A stretch of 64,000 nt of DNA from Trichoplax sp. H2 (Eukaryota), in the NCBI GenBank assembly GCA_003344405.1, contig NOWV01000026.1, positions 372,001 through 436,000 of the forward strand, written 5' to 3'. Below are positions 1 to 13,700 of this stretch, piece after piece. Position 1 is the first letter of the stretch, and each line of letters begins with the position of its first letter. Both the position numbers and the translations under genes were made by a program. A model generated the notes under the pieces. It saw only the letters and a list, made by a program, of their open reading frames with translations, was not told the origin of the DNA and did not search any database.

Positions 1-3000
1 CTCCAGAAGATTATTATTACACAACCTGATGATCCGTTAGCCTTTATGACAGATTTCTTGAAACAGGATAACGACAATGGTAATTTATCATTTGTAGAAA
101 CGTGCGCTAGTAGCTTATTTACTGTACACTAGTATACCGTAAGCTAACAGACACAATATCAAGCGGCAGCCTTCGCAATTGTATAAACAAAGTAAATTTG
201 TTACGAATGCTACGACTATAGATCATATTGACAGTAAATGATAGAAGTATTTCAGCTTTTAACGATAACTCCTATATCAGTATTTAAGGATTTCGATTAA
301 GTAGCAATGTTACTGTGCAATTATATGTCGCTATCTTTCATATCCAGAAGACTGACATTATGATTGTACGCTAATTTACATACCTTATAACGTCACTTGG
401 CTGTTCTTGACTTAAGTTAGTCTATTTTGTCTATGGTCTTTGTCAGCGTCTCTACAATCAGTATACACTATGAACGATTTTACTTTTATCACCTTGTTCT
501 ATATAATCGTCAACAATTTCCACTTTATAGTCCACAAGATTGTAGTGCAAGGTCCACCTGTGTCCGGAAAGCGGCAAATTGTGAGTATTATACTTGTATA
601 GTATTTCATAAGTGATCAAATCTAACAGGATTATTATGCAATTATATAATCTTGCTCTAGAGTAAAATGATAGTCCAAAAATTTGGAGTTGTTCATGTTA
701 CACTACAGAAATTATTCTATGACTCAACACTGTCCGAAGCTAAAAAGGTTGTATAATGAATGGTAAATACAGCATTTACACTTATTGCTTGAAGTTCTAA
801 ACTTTACTTTATAAATTGAAAGGCCATCGAATATTTGCATGAAAACCAGGTAATTCTAAGATACGACTACATCTGATACTATTACTCTAATAAACTTAAA
901 GTAATTATAAATTGTGTTATATTATTTAACTACCTTCTTAGCACATTCCATCCAATATTCTCGTTCCAATACTAGAGGATCGATTACGAATGCTCGATTG
1001 TCAGAATAAGGCAAGCTTCTATTTATTAAAATATCGGGTAAATAAATAGACTGATATTAATTATGATAAAAAATAAAATTTCGTTTTATCGCTAGGGATG
1101 GCTTCTTGAAGGATTTCCACAAAATAGGGAACAGGTTGAGCCGCTACCATAAGAATTATTAGAAATAGTTTATTTACTTTACCACTAATTTGAGGTGATA
1201 CTATTTGTAGGCTCTCGCGATGCAAGTAGCTGGAATAATGCCTAAACATTTTGGTAATTTAGTTTTTATTAGGCATTTATTGATGTTATGGCGTTCTGCT
1301 GCTTAACATGTAAAATAAATAGTTCTCGTTATAACTTTTAAATTTGACTGTTTCAGTCTTACTGGATGCGCCAGATGCTGTATTAGTAGAGCGTTGTCTT
1401 GGCAAGCGAATTGATCCCATAACTGGAGGTTTGAGTACTAAATTATTACTTTTATAATAATATTTAGCTGCGCTTATGGAAGCCAGTACTTTACTGATAT
1501 CTGTAACGTATTACTTTGTCTAGATGTTTACCATATCTTATTCTACCCACCTGATGATGCCCTCGTGGCAGATCGACTGGAGCAGCAACAAAACTATAAC
1601 ACTGATGATGTTTCAAGTCGATTAGCTATTTTTCAAAGGTACAACTAACGTCATTCCTGAATAGGTTGCTAGAGTATCAAAATTCGAAAATCAATTTAAC
1701 TGTGACCATACTAATTTATATTGTAGGCATATCGATGGTATCATTGAATGCTATAACAAGGTATCTAAAAAGATCAATGCCGATCAACCGATTGGTGATG
1801 TATTCGCCCAAGGTAATGTTCACCAAAAATACCACTGTAAATATTTTCGTTAAAGCAAGATCTTTATTAATATTATAAAATTTTTTCAATAGTTCTTAGT
1901 TTTCTATGTACCAAATCGAAGTCAAATTCACCATTTACGCCTCGTGTTGTTTTGTTGGGACCTACTGGTAGTGGAAAAAGTACTCAAGCTGATTTACTAT
2001 CTAAGAAATATCAGTTGATTAATGGTAATTTTTTAGCATATATTTTGATAAAGAAAAGGCACTTTGGCTAATAGGAATTTGCAATCTAAAAAAAATTTAT
2101 CTATGTACTATTGCAGTATGTGTCGATTCTTTGGTTAAAGAAGCTATTGTTAAACAGTCTAAAGCTGGAAATGGAATTAAGCTTTATCTCGATCGTGGTG
2201 TCGCAGGTAGAAATTATCTTAGTGTTGAGTTATGAAATTCATAAAGTAATTGGGCTCGAAAAACCGTTGTATTATAAGTAGACAGCCATTGCACTGGTAA
2301 TAAGCTTATATCTGTTTTATTTTTACTTTTATAGCTCCTGATGCACTAATGTTCCAATTAGTAAAAGAACGCTTATGCCAATTAGATTGTATAAAAAAGG
2401 GTTGGGTTCTTCATGGCTACCCGCGAACAAGAGAACAGGCCGTAAGGATGGCAGAAATAGGCCTGGAGCCGAATAGGTTATTAGTATGTTTAATTGATTA
2501 ACTTTCAATAAATGATATAAAAACTCATCAATTTATTTCATTTTTGCTCCTACTACTGCTAGAGTCTTTGCCTTAGATATTCCCACTGATTCAATATTAG
2601 AACGATTATCCCTTCGCGGCACCGATCCAATAACAGGCGCAAGGTACGATTATGCAGTGAAAATTGCAGTGGGCGTATGCTTATATCTAGTACTCGTTGC
2701 TAATGTTACTTTAACTTCAAAAACATAAGATTAAAGATATTTTTCTGCTTCTATAAATATTCTCATACAGGTATCATATGCATTATAATCCACCAAGGAC
2801 TAATGAAATTGCTAGTCGTTTGAGAACTGTAAGTTTGTTATTATTATTGATCAATTCCTTATAATCTTTCTATATACAGCACCTCTTCGACTAGTAGAAA
2901 CCTTGCAAATATGTGCAGTACAATATAAGCAAAAAGAGAACAATACAGCACATATAAGATTTGCAGGAGAATTAATTCAGTATTGCGTACAATTGAAAGC

Positions 3001-3387
3001 AAATATCAGAAGATTCATTAATAGCGTAGAATGTAAACCTGTATGAATCAAGTACCATACACACGTAATTACAAACCACTACAGATCCTAATCAGATATG
3101 TCGTATATAAGTGAACTGGAAAAATGCTTGAGGGCAGCTTTCAAGTATTTAACAACTTTGAAACCTTAACATGATTACTTTTTCTTAACTTAAAGCACCC
3201 GGATGATACCGAAGACGCGATTATGAAGCGTTTAAGTGCATATCAAATATTTATAGACGATATTTGCGAATTTTATGGTAATACAATCAAACATATCAAC
3301 GCCGATCAAGATCCTCATACAATCTTCGAAAGCCTTGAAGCTGGAATTGTGTCTCCGCTTCCAGTTAGACCAGATACGCCGTTTTAG
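1..3387 (+). CDS. AK8: Adenylate kinase 8-like (two AK domains), multi-exon, 5' end outside the window
   Basis: Spliced exons give [43 protein letters not shown] (P-loop 1), [35 protein letters not shown] (P-loop 2), [20 protein letters not shown] and C-terminal [30 protein letters not shown] (TAG 3385-3387). This matches the recalled tandem-AK layout of AK8. Confidence 0.92.
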
Positions 3388-4681
3388 ATGCAATCTACAA
3401 TGACTTATCTATGGTTACTAGAACTTTAAATCAGTATGTGTTATATGTATATCAATAATTGAATTAATTATAAGTTAGTTATTGTAATGATTTGAGTGTA
3501 ATATAATACCTATCTACTTCAGTTCTGACTATGTATCGCATCTTTATAAATGTTTCTTATCAAGTATAGATTTACAGCTTTTCACTGTCGTAAATTGCTA
3601 TCTTGTAGGGAGTCTGTAGAGAATACTTCTTCAGCTAACTTCACAATGTCTTATTATCATTTTTTAATTCCTATGTGCATGATTGAATTTATTGTAACTA
3701 CAAATGCTTAATAGTAAGTTAAAGGTACAATGTAGACAAAAATATATTAAATTGCGTTGGATCTTAAATTATTGATTTATACTGTATTATTTTTACTTAT
3801 TCTGATGAATAAATGTTTTCTTCAATTTTATTTTGACGGTATCTGTCCTTTAATGTTACATGTACAGTATGCTGTAAATTTTACACCGCAGCTCAGGTGT
3901 TAACTTGGTTTCATCTCATATTATCTATTTTGATAAAATGCTTGAAGAAATTGAAAAAGTATTAATACTAGTCTATACGATAAATTGATATTAACCATAG
4001 GATGATGCACTCACATATCGCAATATATATGCTATTAAACAGCCAGTCCTCCTGATATTTAAAACCATTGATACAACTACTGTAATTTTTCTTTCCTTTC
4101 TTGAAGGTAAATATTTGCTTGATGTTTAGATGTAAGAAACTAGTAATTGACTTTGTGAAATAGATCAATTTTATTAAAGTTTTAGGAAATTAGATGTTGC
4201 TTGTAAATTTAGACTATCACGATACGGGCTATGATGGCAACAACTCAATTATACTCAATTATGTTCAAAGAAATTCTGCTTCTACGGCAATACGACTATA
4301 AGTATACGCAGTAAAATATAATACCATTATGATGTAATTACGAATACTCGAAATACGATATTTTCCCAGCTTATTCCTTAACAGGCCTGATTTTAATATT
4401 TTCGAGTCAAGTAGATTTTAATTTATACAGTATGTGATCAATGGGGTGTACATAGATAGCACGAGTATGACATTCACAGGTATTAGAAAAAATTCATGTT
4501 TAAGCTAGTGCAATGATTTAGTTACTTCTATTATGATTAAATCGTTTTTAAATACGAGATATGTAATATATACCATATACCATAGTTAACTGTCGCATTA
4601 AGATACTAATACTAAAATGAAAGAATATAAAATAGCAAACAGGAAACAACGCTTGATAGATTAAAATTATGTCCCACATAG

Positions 4682-7600
4682 TTAAACGTGCACTGGCAAT
4701 TCAAGGACAATTGTACATAAAACTTGCTCGCCATTTTCATTTAAAGCTGTGAAATTAATAGGTTGCGTTGCTGAGCCAGTTTGTAGGCAATCTTCCAACT
4801 TCGAATAGATTTTTGGATATGAATCCTTAAAGTTGATATAGTGATCTGTTAATACATGGAGAGTATGTTGTAAAAACTGCTGCTTAAAATCCGTGGTAAT
4901 TCCGCTACTTTTTTTCAGGTCATACATAGATACAACAACATGATCATGATGCAAGTTATCATGATCATTACAATCTGTTAGCGAAGGCGGATCCAAAGTA
5001 GCAGATGGCGTCAATAAAGTAGGATATAGACGGAGTTGAACACATGTTTTATATGATTTACTATATGCATTACCAGTAATAATGCGTAGAGAGTTTTTAC
5101 TTTGCCTTTTCTCTAAAGGGGCAACAACAGTAACACATAATAAATATTCCTCTATTGGATTGTATTGATCGCACATCGAAACTAATATAGATGCTTTAGA
5201 TACGTGTCCAGCGGATTTTAGTAATGTCGTTTTATCAGCGTAACTAGGAGTATACGATAATTTTTTTAGGTCGTCGACATGAAATTCTTTGGCTATTTCT
5301 AGTGAAGGTAAGACTAATAATAAACATCCCCGTCCATACAGTTTATACTTATCCATAGCTAATTTAGACAACCATAGACTTGTTTCTTGATGTTGAATGC
5401 ACATTACGACAATGTTATGGATGCATTCTTTGATAGAAGCCACAACTTCAGACAGTTTCTGTTGCTGACTGTGGTTATCATCAGTGCAATCACTGATATC
5501 TATTTGTAAATGGCGAGCTCGACTACTGATCATACAAACTGCCTTATCACCTTCTTGATGCGATTGTTTCCTAATGGAAATGTCAGCTCTACCTTTAGCA
5601 TCTACCAGGCTTACTGAATCGCTTAGGATATTTTCATCGTCAGCGAGATTTCCATCACTGTTACGTGATGATACAGAGTGATTACTTAGGTAAGAATCGT
5701 TAGATCCAATGCGATGGCGTGTACAATCTTGATTGTCATTCGTATGAAAGTCTGATGATTCGCCGGTGTCATGGACATAAATATAGTCGGTATTATTGTA
5801 ATCTACCAATGTGACTGTTGACATAGACTCTGAAGTCGCATCAGCTTGGTGTCTTTAATATATAATAATATATAAATAGCAATTTTTCTATAAGCTAAAA
5901 TTTACGTGCTAAGCCAGCGAAAACATTAAGACTAGATGATAAAACAAAATTCTGCTAAAAGAGCTCAATACACTGCAGTAACATATAAATAATAATTTAT
6001 TTGGATAAAATAGACTTACATCTTGGTTGGATCTGTGGCAGATCCATCGTTGGCGTTATAGGAGTCGGGAGATTTTCCTCCTGCTTTCGTTTTCATTATT
6101 GTATCGTTGTTGTTATCATCAATTTCTAAGAAACCAATTAAAGAGACTTGTTATATTCGAACATCACACCCTAAATTTTCATATAAATTGAAATATCTAA
6201 CGAATATGGATGGTGTGATACATTCGTATATTTATCTTTGATGGGTATTAGCACAATGATCAATTTAATACACAGTAAGGTGCATATAGATATAAATACT
6301 GAAAACTGTAGCAGTAGAAAAAATCGTTGTACTACAAAGGCGCATGGATATGATTGAATTTTTTAAGCTCTCTTAATTTCGCAAGTCCTTTACAAGCTAA
6401 TAAACATGTTCGTATCATGGTATGAATGAAGATAAGGCTAAAAAAATTTAGCACCTACTTTTACTCATTGTAATATTCAAATATCACTCGTATTTCACAC
6501 AATCTGATGAAAGCGTCATCTTTGCTTAAGCGTGGATTGAGCTCCTTTCGATGCAATTTTTTAAGCGTAATGAGCTGGTGCATAATTTAAAGAATTAAAG
6601 CATTACGCGTATCTCATGTAGAAACTTAACCATTAGCTGTATACGATTAAAGTGACGCAAGTGTGGTTATGATTTTCTATTTTGTTCTTCTGGGATGGCA
6701 ACGAAAACATCGAAGCTCAGTCTAATTAGCATTCGTACTTAATAATAAATAATTGACTTCAGAGAATAGAAAACGATCTCGTTTCGCTTCTTGTAAAGAA
6801 GAGTCAAAGAATAGACCAACTATGTAAAAGTAAATAATAAGTAGGTTAGTAGTAACAGAGTTACTACAAATTACTACAGTAGTACTGTAATTTCTAGAAG
6901 TCCATGGTTAGTACACTCACGGACTCTTTAAGAGAATAGAAATCCCTGGTACCGTAAAGTACATTATTGTAAATCATTCATTAGTAAAAGTTAGAAGAAG
7001 AATTTTACTACGTTACTGTACAATGTATAAAATCATTGATTGTAATTTTGAAAGATTTTACCGGTAAAATACGCTTCCATTTGAGAAATATTTTAAACGA
7101 CTTCCATCAAGTATTTTCTATGAGATTGATAGCTTTGATGTTAAATGATAAGAATGTTATTTACTTAAGACATTTTAATCGTTTGAGCTAGATTTGATAT
7201 TACGTATTATGATACTACAGTACTGTATTTGTTTCGATAAAATATCCGCATAATAAATTGAAAAGAATAAAAATTCATTGCAGCATTACGCAATTACTTG
7301 ACTGCATTAATTAATTTTAGGAATGAGCTTATCAATTAATTTCACTACAGCACTTTGTATGCTTTCAACTCCAAGTACAGCATTTTAAAAATGGATAAAC
7401 TGTACACAAAACATAATAGCAGTTTATGTTATTTACTCGCGGTTTAAACGAAAAAACAATGCAAATGTAGATTTGATTGTTTATAGGAAACTAATCGTGA
7501 GCATTACATGCTCATGTTATTAGTTCTCAGCAATAAGTAATTTCGGGTTAGGTAATAGCGACTCGTAATTATTCGCTTTGACTATGTAAGAGACACTTTG

Positions 7601-7854
7601 GATCAACAGTATCTCTTTCACAGTCGATTCGATCTTTTTCTAATATTGATCAATTAGGTCTTACCTGTAGTTCGTTCATCTTCTTTCCTTTTTTCAGCAT
7701 TGCCTTTAAAAAGAGCTTTTCCAACTAACATCGCTAAATATGCGATAACAATAACCGAAAGTGTACACAGAATTAATTGATCACATACGGAGTTGTACAT
7801 AAAACTTTCCATGAACCAATTATGGCAAAAGTTAAATATTGAATTGATAAACAT
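4682..7854 (-). CDS. AJM1: Apical junction component AJM1/C9orf172-like protein. Terminal exon 4682-5852, exon 6020-6125, candidate first exons 6459-6468 or 7665-7854
   Basis: The C-terminal ~220 aa (WLSKLAMDKYKLYGRGCLLLVLPS...YNPIEEYLLCVTVV...LTDHYINFKDSYPKIYSKLEDCL...GEQVLCTIVL) resemble the recalled AJM1/AJM-1 conserved domain (SRIARVGFLSRGRG..., HFPRVYEQL, RPFMCMIM). Exon 6020-6125 splices in frame with GT/AG sites; both candidate first exons end in compatible phase-1 donors. The 5' structure is uncertain. Confidence 0.7.
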
Positions 7855-10601
7855 GATGAGTTTAATATACGAATATAATCACAGTGTAATAACAGAATTA
7901 ATACTCTAAGAATACAGGGTTAAGAGTTAAGATTCGTTAATTCAAAGAGGAGATGATGGACAATTGTGCAGTGAGCGACAAGTGTCATAAAATACAGTAC
8001 TGTACTGCGATCAATACGGTAATTTAATGCAATTTTTAGACTCTGTTTGGAAATATGTTGAATGCCCAATTTTGTATCAAATGTTGAGAGCCTGAAAATG
8101 TAGAAGGCTTCATAAAAACGGAGATAATCTATGAAATGGTAATGGCGATCACATCATTGCTAATCAAAATATCAGTAACAATGTTGTTCTGGAATTTTGG
8201 TTTCCGTCAACTTCTTGATGTTGTGGAGTAATTTACTGCCGATAGAGATTGCTACATGAAGAGGTGTAGCTACAGGTTGCAAGCGAAGGTCTCGTAGTAG
8301 CGTAGGAAAGATTGTGACCTGGTGAAAAGCGAAGAGGTTATTCGATGATTTACTAACTGTAAATAAATAATATTGCGAACTATCGCAATTCCCTAGGTTT
8401 GGCCCAAATACAGTACTTTCCGATATCCTGGAAAGTGCATATTTCCCGTAAAGTACTACTTTAATTTCAATTTTCAACCGTGTAATTTAAAGACACCTAC
8501 TGCGTTATCTATGACTGTGATATTTATTCAAAGATAATTACTGATTACAGTACTGCACCACTGTAACTGCAAAGTTAAAATTAATTAATTTTACCGATTC
8601 ACGTCCATGTTATTTATTTATGAAGCAAGCGTGGTTGCACGTTAAATTTTTTCCTCAAGGTCTTAGATAAAGTACGGTACTATATTGTACTTAAATGCTA
8701 TCGATTGATACAACGTTTAAATAAAATCCGTCAAAGTTTTACCATTTTATTCCATTTTTGAACACTAAATTGGAAAAGATCAGGCTATGCAGTACTGGGT
8801 TAAAGGGTTACTGCACTGTATGTAGGTTGTACTGTGCGGTACACTGTACAACGAGGACTCTTAAGCCCCGACAATAGTATTGGCCTAATCCATTCTTCGA
8901 TTTTACAAGTCTTGTTCTCCATTTCGTTTGCATGAAATGATATTTGCTGTTGATACAGTCATCGTCAACAGTGAACAACTGAGATTTCAGATTCACAAAC
9001 TCGTTTATAATATTCCAGGACTTTTCTTTCTTTAGAAATCCCTATTGTGAACAGTAATATTTTTAACAACTATGACCACGCTTGCTTGACTGTAGGCATA
9101 TTCGGTAAAAGGGCAGTAGCTCTCCCGAGAGTGGAGTTAGTTGTAAGAAATTTTTTCATATTTCTTCACATTTCTATGCGGTGGAATATATTACAGTACA
9201 GTACAGTATATAGACTACGAGTGGATTGATGATTTCGTTCGCTTTGCTTACCTGATCAGATGCACATAGTTATTTTACGGAGAAACAAAGTTCAACTTAC
9301 AATCTCCGGTATAGATTGATTTTACTTACATAACTTCTTGCTGTTCGTTCTAATCATGTCCCAAAAGTACCGCCGGAGTAGTTAAAATGATTTGTATCTA
9401 CTTTTGGGTAATGATGGTGAAGAACAAAGTTATAACATACTTTATTGTAAGTCTTCAATTTTTTTACATCATTTTCTAGGTATAAAATGAATTTAATGTA
9501 AACAGCTATCCGTGATTGTAATCATAAATATACCGTAAACTTTCTGTAAGTTAAAATAGAAATCGATGAGAACGTTCTAAAACTAACTGTGCATTCTTAA
9601 AATACTGCATACGGTATAGGGCATTAAATTTGCAGCGAATATTTTCTGCTAATACTTAACTTTGTACATTACCTTTTTTATTTTTTGTTCTCTATAGTAA
9701 TAAGATACTAACGTGTCAATTGAGTAAGCCTAAGAAGACCGTACTAAGCATGGTATTACCGATATCGGAATCTCACGTTTTGAGATTTTGGGGCGCTATT
9801 TATGAAAGTAGTTAACACGTAGGAAACCCAAAATTTGATTTACTGTAGGATACCGGACTGCGCTTTAATTAATGAAATGCAGTAATACTGTACAGTACTG
9901 TACAGAACTACAGATACAATAACAAACTCTTCCATACTATATCTTGCTAGTGACGACCAGATGACTAATGAATGTACTTGTATGTAATGTTAGTTGAAGT
10001 TGTGCGAACCATATTGGATCTTAACCTTGTTAAGGTAATTTAATTTTGGTTCGGATTTTACTTTTACTTTTAACGTGTGACATCAATTACTTGCTTTACA
10101 CTGCACGTATCATATCAATGTACAGTGCTGCAGTGTACGTACAAGGATACGGTGCTGTCGTACGCATCTGTTGCTATACTGTAAGTGATCATCGAATAAG
10201 ATGCTTATAAATGTCCATACGGTAGACCCTTCACAGGAATAAAATATGATTAAAATCGTTGGTGGTTATGTGCATTATACAATATGATTGGTAATCGCAA
10301 CACAGTAGAATACTGCTAGTGGCTCATAAGAATTCATTCGCCAAGATAGTATTACCATTTGATAGACCTGTTCAGACAAACTCTGGGACAAGGAAACGAA
10401 CAGTATAAGTCTATAAGTAACTACTGACTTAAATGCCCTTTTAGTAAACGTTAATCACACACAGCGAAGTACCGTAAAGATAGAACTTTTATTACATAGA
10501 CACATCTACAACTTTTCACCATGCAACTAAACTCAAACGTTCCCGTTTATGTAGGAAGCATTTAATTTGTAAATAAGGACAGTATTATTATTATATCTTA
10601 C

Positions 10602-10764
10602 CAGGTGAGACATCTCGTCCAGAGAAGCGTTTGGGTCAAAGCCCTTTCGAAAACACGACGCCGGTCGCCCGATGTTCAAAATATAAATTTTTATATTGTG
10701 GGCGACCAGTATCGAATTTTGGAAAGGGCTTTAACCCAAACGGATCTAGATGCTCGACGCTGGG
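10602..10764 (-). other. Long imperfect inverted repeat / RNA hairpin; core arms 10628-10670 and 10700-10742
   Basis: The 43-nt arms match at 36/43 positions as reverse complements. There is an inner AATATAA/TTATATT stem and further outer pairing (TCC/GGA, CATCT/AGATG, GAG/CTC, CCAG/CTGG). It is more GC-rich than its flanks and ends at a minus-strand donor CTG|GTAAG at 10601. Confidence 0.85.
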
Positions 10765-13700
10765 TTTTCGCCGCCCATATGAATGTACCAAAACTGACAT
10801 ATTCCTTACATAGCTTTTCTGTCAGTAAATATTTTTAATCTCTGAACTCACACTTAATCCAAGTATGTATGTTGTCTAATTCAGCTATCAATAGCTAGAA
10901 CTTGAATCATCTTACTACTATCTACACATACTAACAATCAATATCAAATACGTAATAAACTATCACAAATAATGTCCACATTAAGGCATTACTTATCTTA
11001 CCTAGCACTACAAATATAGATATTTTCCGTATTAGCTACTACTGTACTTATTAAAGTATCTTAACGGTAAGGTAACAACGGTAACATCCATCAACCGTAC
11101 AATTTAACCACTACTGACTGACCTACTGTATTATGAAACTTACATTAATGAAAAACATTGCCTTTTTCCTTCATATTATTACTGCACATGCTGTAATTTT
11201 TTCATTATACAGTAATGTTATAACGGCACTAGCAATTTACTTGGATTTTGGTTTTAAAATGAGCAAGGTCGCCGTCCAAAAGGAGTTGCGACGATGCAGC
11301 TTGACGCAAATACAGCAAAAATTTGATCGAATTACGCACATTCAAATAGCAACTCAGGAACAGATATCTATATGAAAAAGAATGACTGCACGACAGGCAT
11401 AAAAGAACCAGGTGTTGTGATTGTAGCTTCGGCAGAGACTACTCCACAAAAATATTGGAAAAATTTTTTGATTTATGCAGGAATTATGGAGTAGTTCTTG
11501 GTTACGTCACCATGAAAAATTCATCTACACTCTACAGTAATGTCGGACTGCTTAACTGTACAGTGTATAGTGTACAGTACAGCCATATGTAATGATACCG
11601 GATGGTATTTCGCAAAGGATGCTTGCGATATGTAGAGGATGAGATATATATTTTACTAGTATCTTAGAGCGAGAAAAAGCAAGAAGACTCGGAGGAAAGT
11701 TTATTAAGGTTACAGTATACATACAGCAGACTGTACGACGTGAATGTACTTGTGGTGCTATACGTTTTATATGATAGTCCATTATGTTACATCATGGATG
11801 AAATTGAGATTACAGTATTGTATCATTTACGATTTTACGTACTGTCCAAGTGCACCAATATTCCTAATTGTTTCCTGACAATGAACGCATTATATTGTAC
11901 GATGCTATCAAATATCAACCTTCTCTATTTGTATTAAGATTGATAGGAGTGCTAATCAATACAAATTTGGTGAAATGGGGATAAATTACGTGCATTCTCA
12001 AGCCACAGTGTTATGAATTTTGATGATGCTTTGCCAATTACAGAGTACTGTACGGTGTACAGTATAGCATACGAAATAGTTCCCAGAGAAATATTAATTA
12101 GCTTCATAAACGACAGTCAGTTAGCATTATAATTATGGTTTGTGTTTCACACGAAGTGACACCATTCGTATACCCTTCATTTCGAAACAGTATCCAAGTA
12201 CACTACTATATAGTTGCCATCTCATTACGTTAAGCAAACGCGGAAAGCAAGAATAGGAGTAGGAACGAAATTAGTACGAGAGCTAGAATGGTGACTAAAA
12301 GATTATTACGAATTTCATTGTTAATTAAGCAACGGCATTCGTAAGATCTTCTTGGCATATAACGATAAATGTTGGTTTATATCGTTCGTATTCTAAAAAT
12401 CGATAGTTACTTTGTAATATTTTAAAAATGATACGTATATTTGTCTTGCAAGGATACTCGTATTTGACATTTAATGAGATGATTTTAGACGAAATCTTTC
12501 GCAATAAACCAACAGTGAAAGCAATAAATGTAGACATACGAATACTGTACAAATCCAAAAATACGCTCGTACATAGGCTATTATACGACTAAAAGGTAAT
12601 CGAATTCTGTGTAATTAAACTAAAGAAGTATCCTATGAAAATAGTTATGCGGTACAGGTAACTAAAATAAAAATATTGTTATCATTTACTATAGACCAAT
12701 TCGTACTGTGCTAGAAGTAATTTTCAGGATTACAATCATAGTAGTGTAATACATACTTTATTCCCTTTCAATGACGGTGGCGAATATTTCACTGGCAATG
12801 ATTATCGCAGTTGCATGCTGTTTATAGCAAAGTATTTACTACTATTAGCAATACTTGGCACAATGTTGTAAATAGAATAATGACAATGTGGTGTCTGCTT
12901 AGATCTTTCGTTCAATTTAAGTTGATAGCATCCAATGATACTGTTACGGCTTAACTTATGCAACGGGCAATTTTTACTAGCATGGGTGATACATCGTACG
13001 CCTGTCTATTATCTAATAAGAATCAATATATAGTCTATCATTACTTGTGATGTTATTCTAATGCTTACTTATTAAATGTTATGAAAATATAACTATTTGA
13101 AATAATAGATTATAATTATCAAAAAAGAAAATTGGTGAAAGCTTAATACTTAATATCTTACATTCTGATACAACGTTCTTGGAATGAACCTATTTCAAAT
13201 TTGTCTTGAAAAGCGTTAGCGGTCGTAGTGTATGCTTTACCAATATCGCAAAAGCTAAACTATTAAGATTATCTTGCAGAGCTGATTTTGAGACCAACTA
13301 CTAGAACAAATGTGATCAACAACGACTTTGTTCTCCTTTTAGTAGCATTCCTTTTAGTCGTGAAATCGGAATCTGCTTATGTTCACGTATCTAATCGTAG
13401 CCATAACAATTATCAATAGTGTGGCAATTGTATTCATTTAAAATACGTCTTTATCGCTCTAATTGTTACGTAAATTAACGAAGAAAAATACATTATCATG
13501 AAATATTAACAATAATAAGAGTTTACCGATATCTTACATATAAAATGTTTTACAATCGCCAGTCGACCTTTCTACTGTATTTCATTGTTATTAAAATTTG
13601 AATTACTCCTTTTGAGTTTCCTTGAAAGGTCAAAGATACATTTAGTTCCCTGTTTATTTTTTATATAAATGGAGTTCTAATAACACAAATTACGAGGCAA

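Noticed and set aside
8172..8477. 101-aa minus-strand ORF
   Set aside because: TTG start, no recognisable motif, and no convincing splice partners.
10605..10838. Plus-strand 77-aa and 60-aa ORFs over the hairpin
   Set aside because: They have non-ATG starts and no motifs; openness is explained by the GC-rich palindrome.
11133..11375. 80-aa plus-strand ORF with hydrophobic N-terminus (possible peptide precursor)
   Set aside because: No repeated peptide units or amidation/dibasic pattern; the hydrophobicity is expected from AT-rich DNA.
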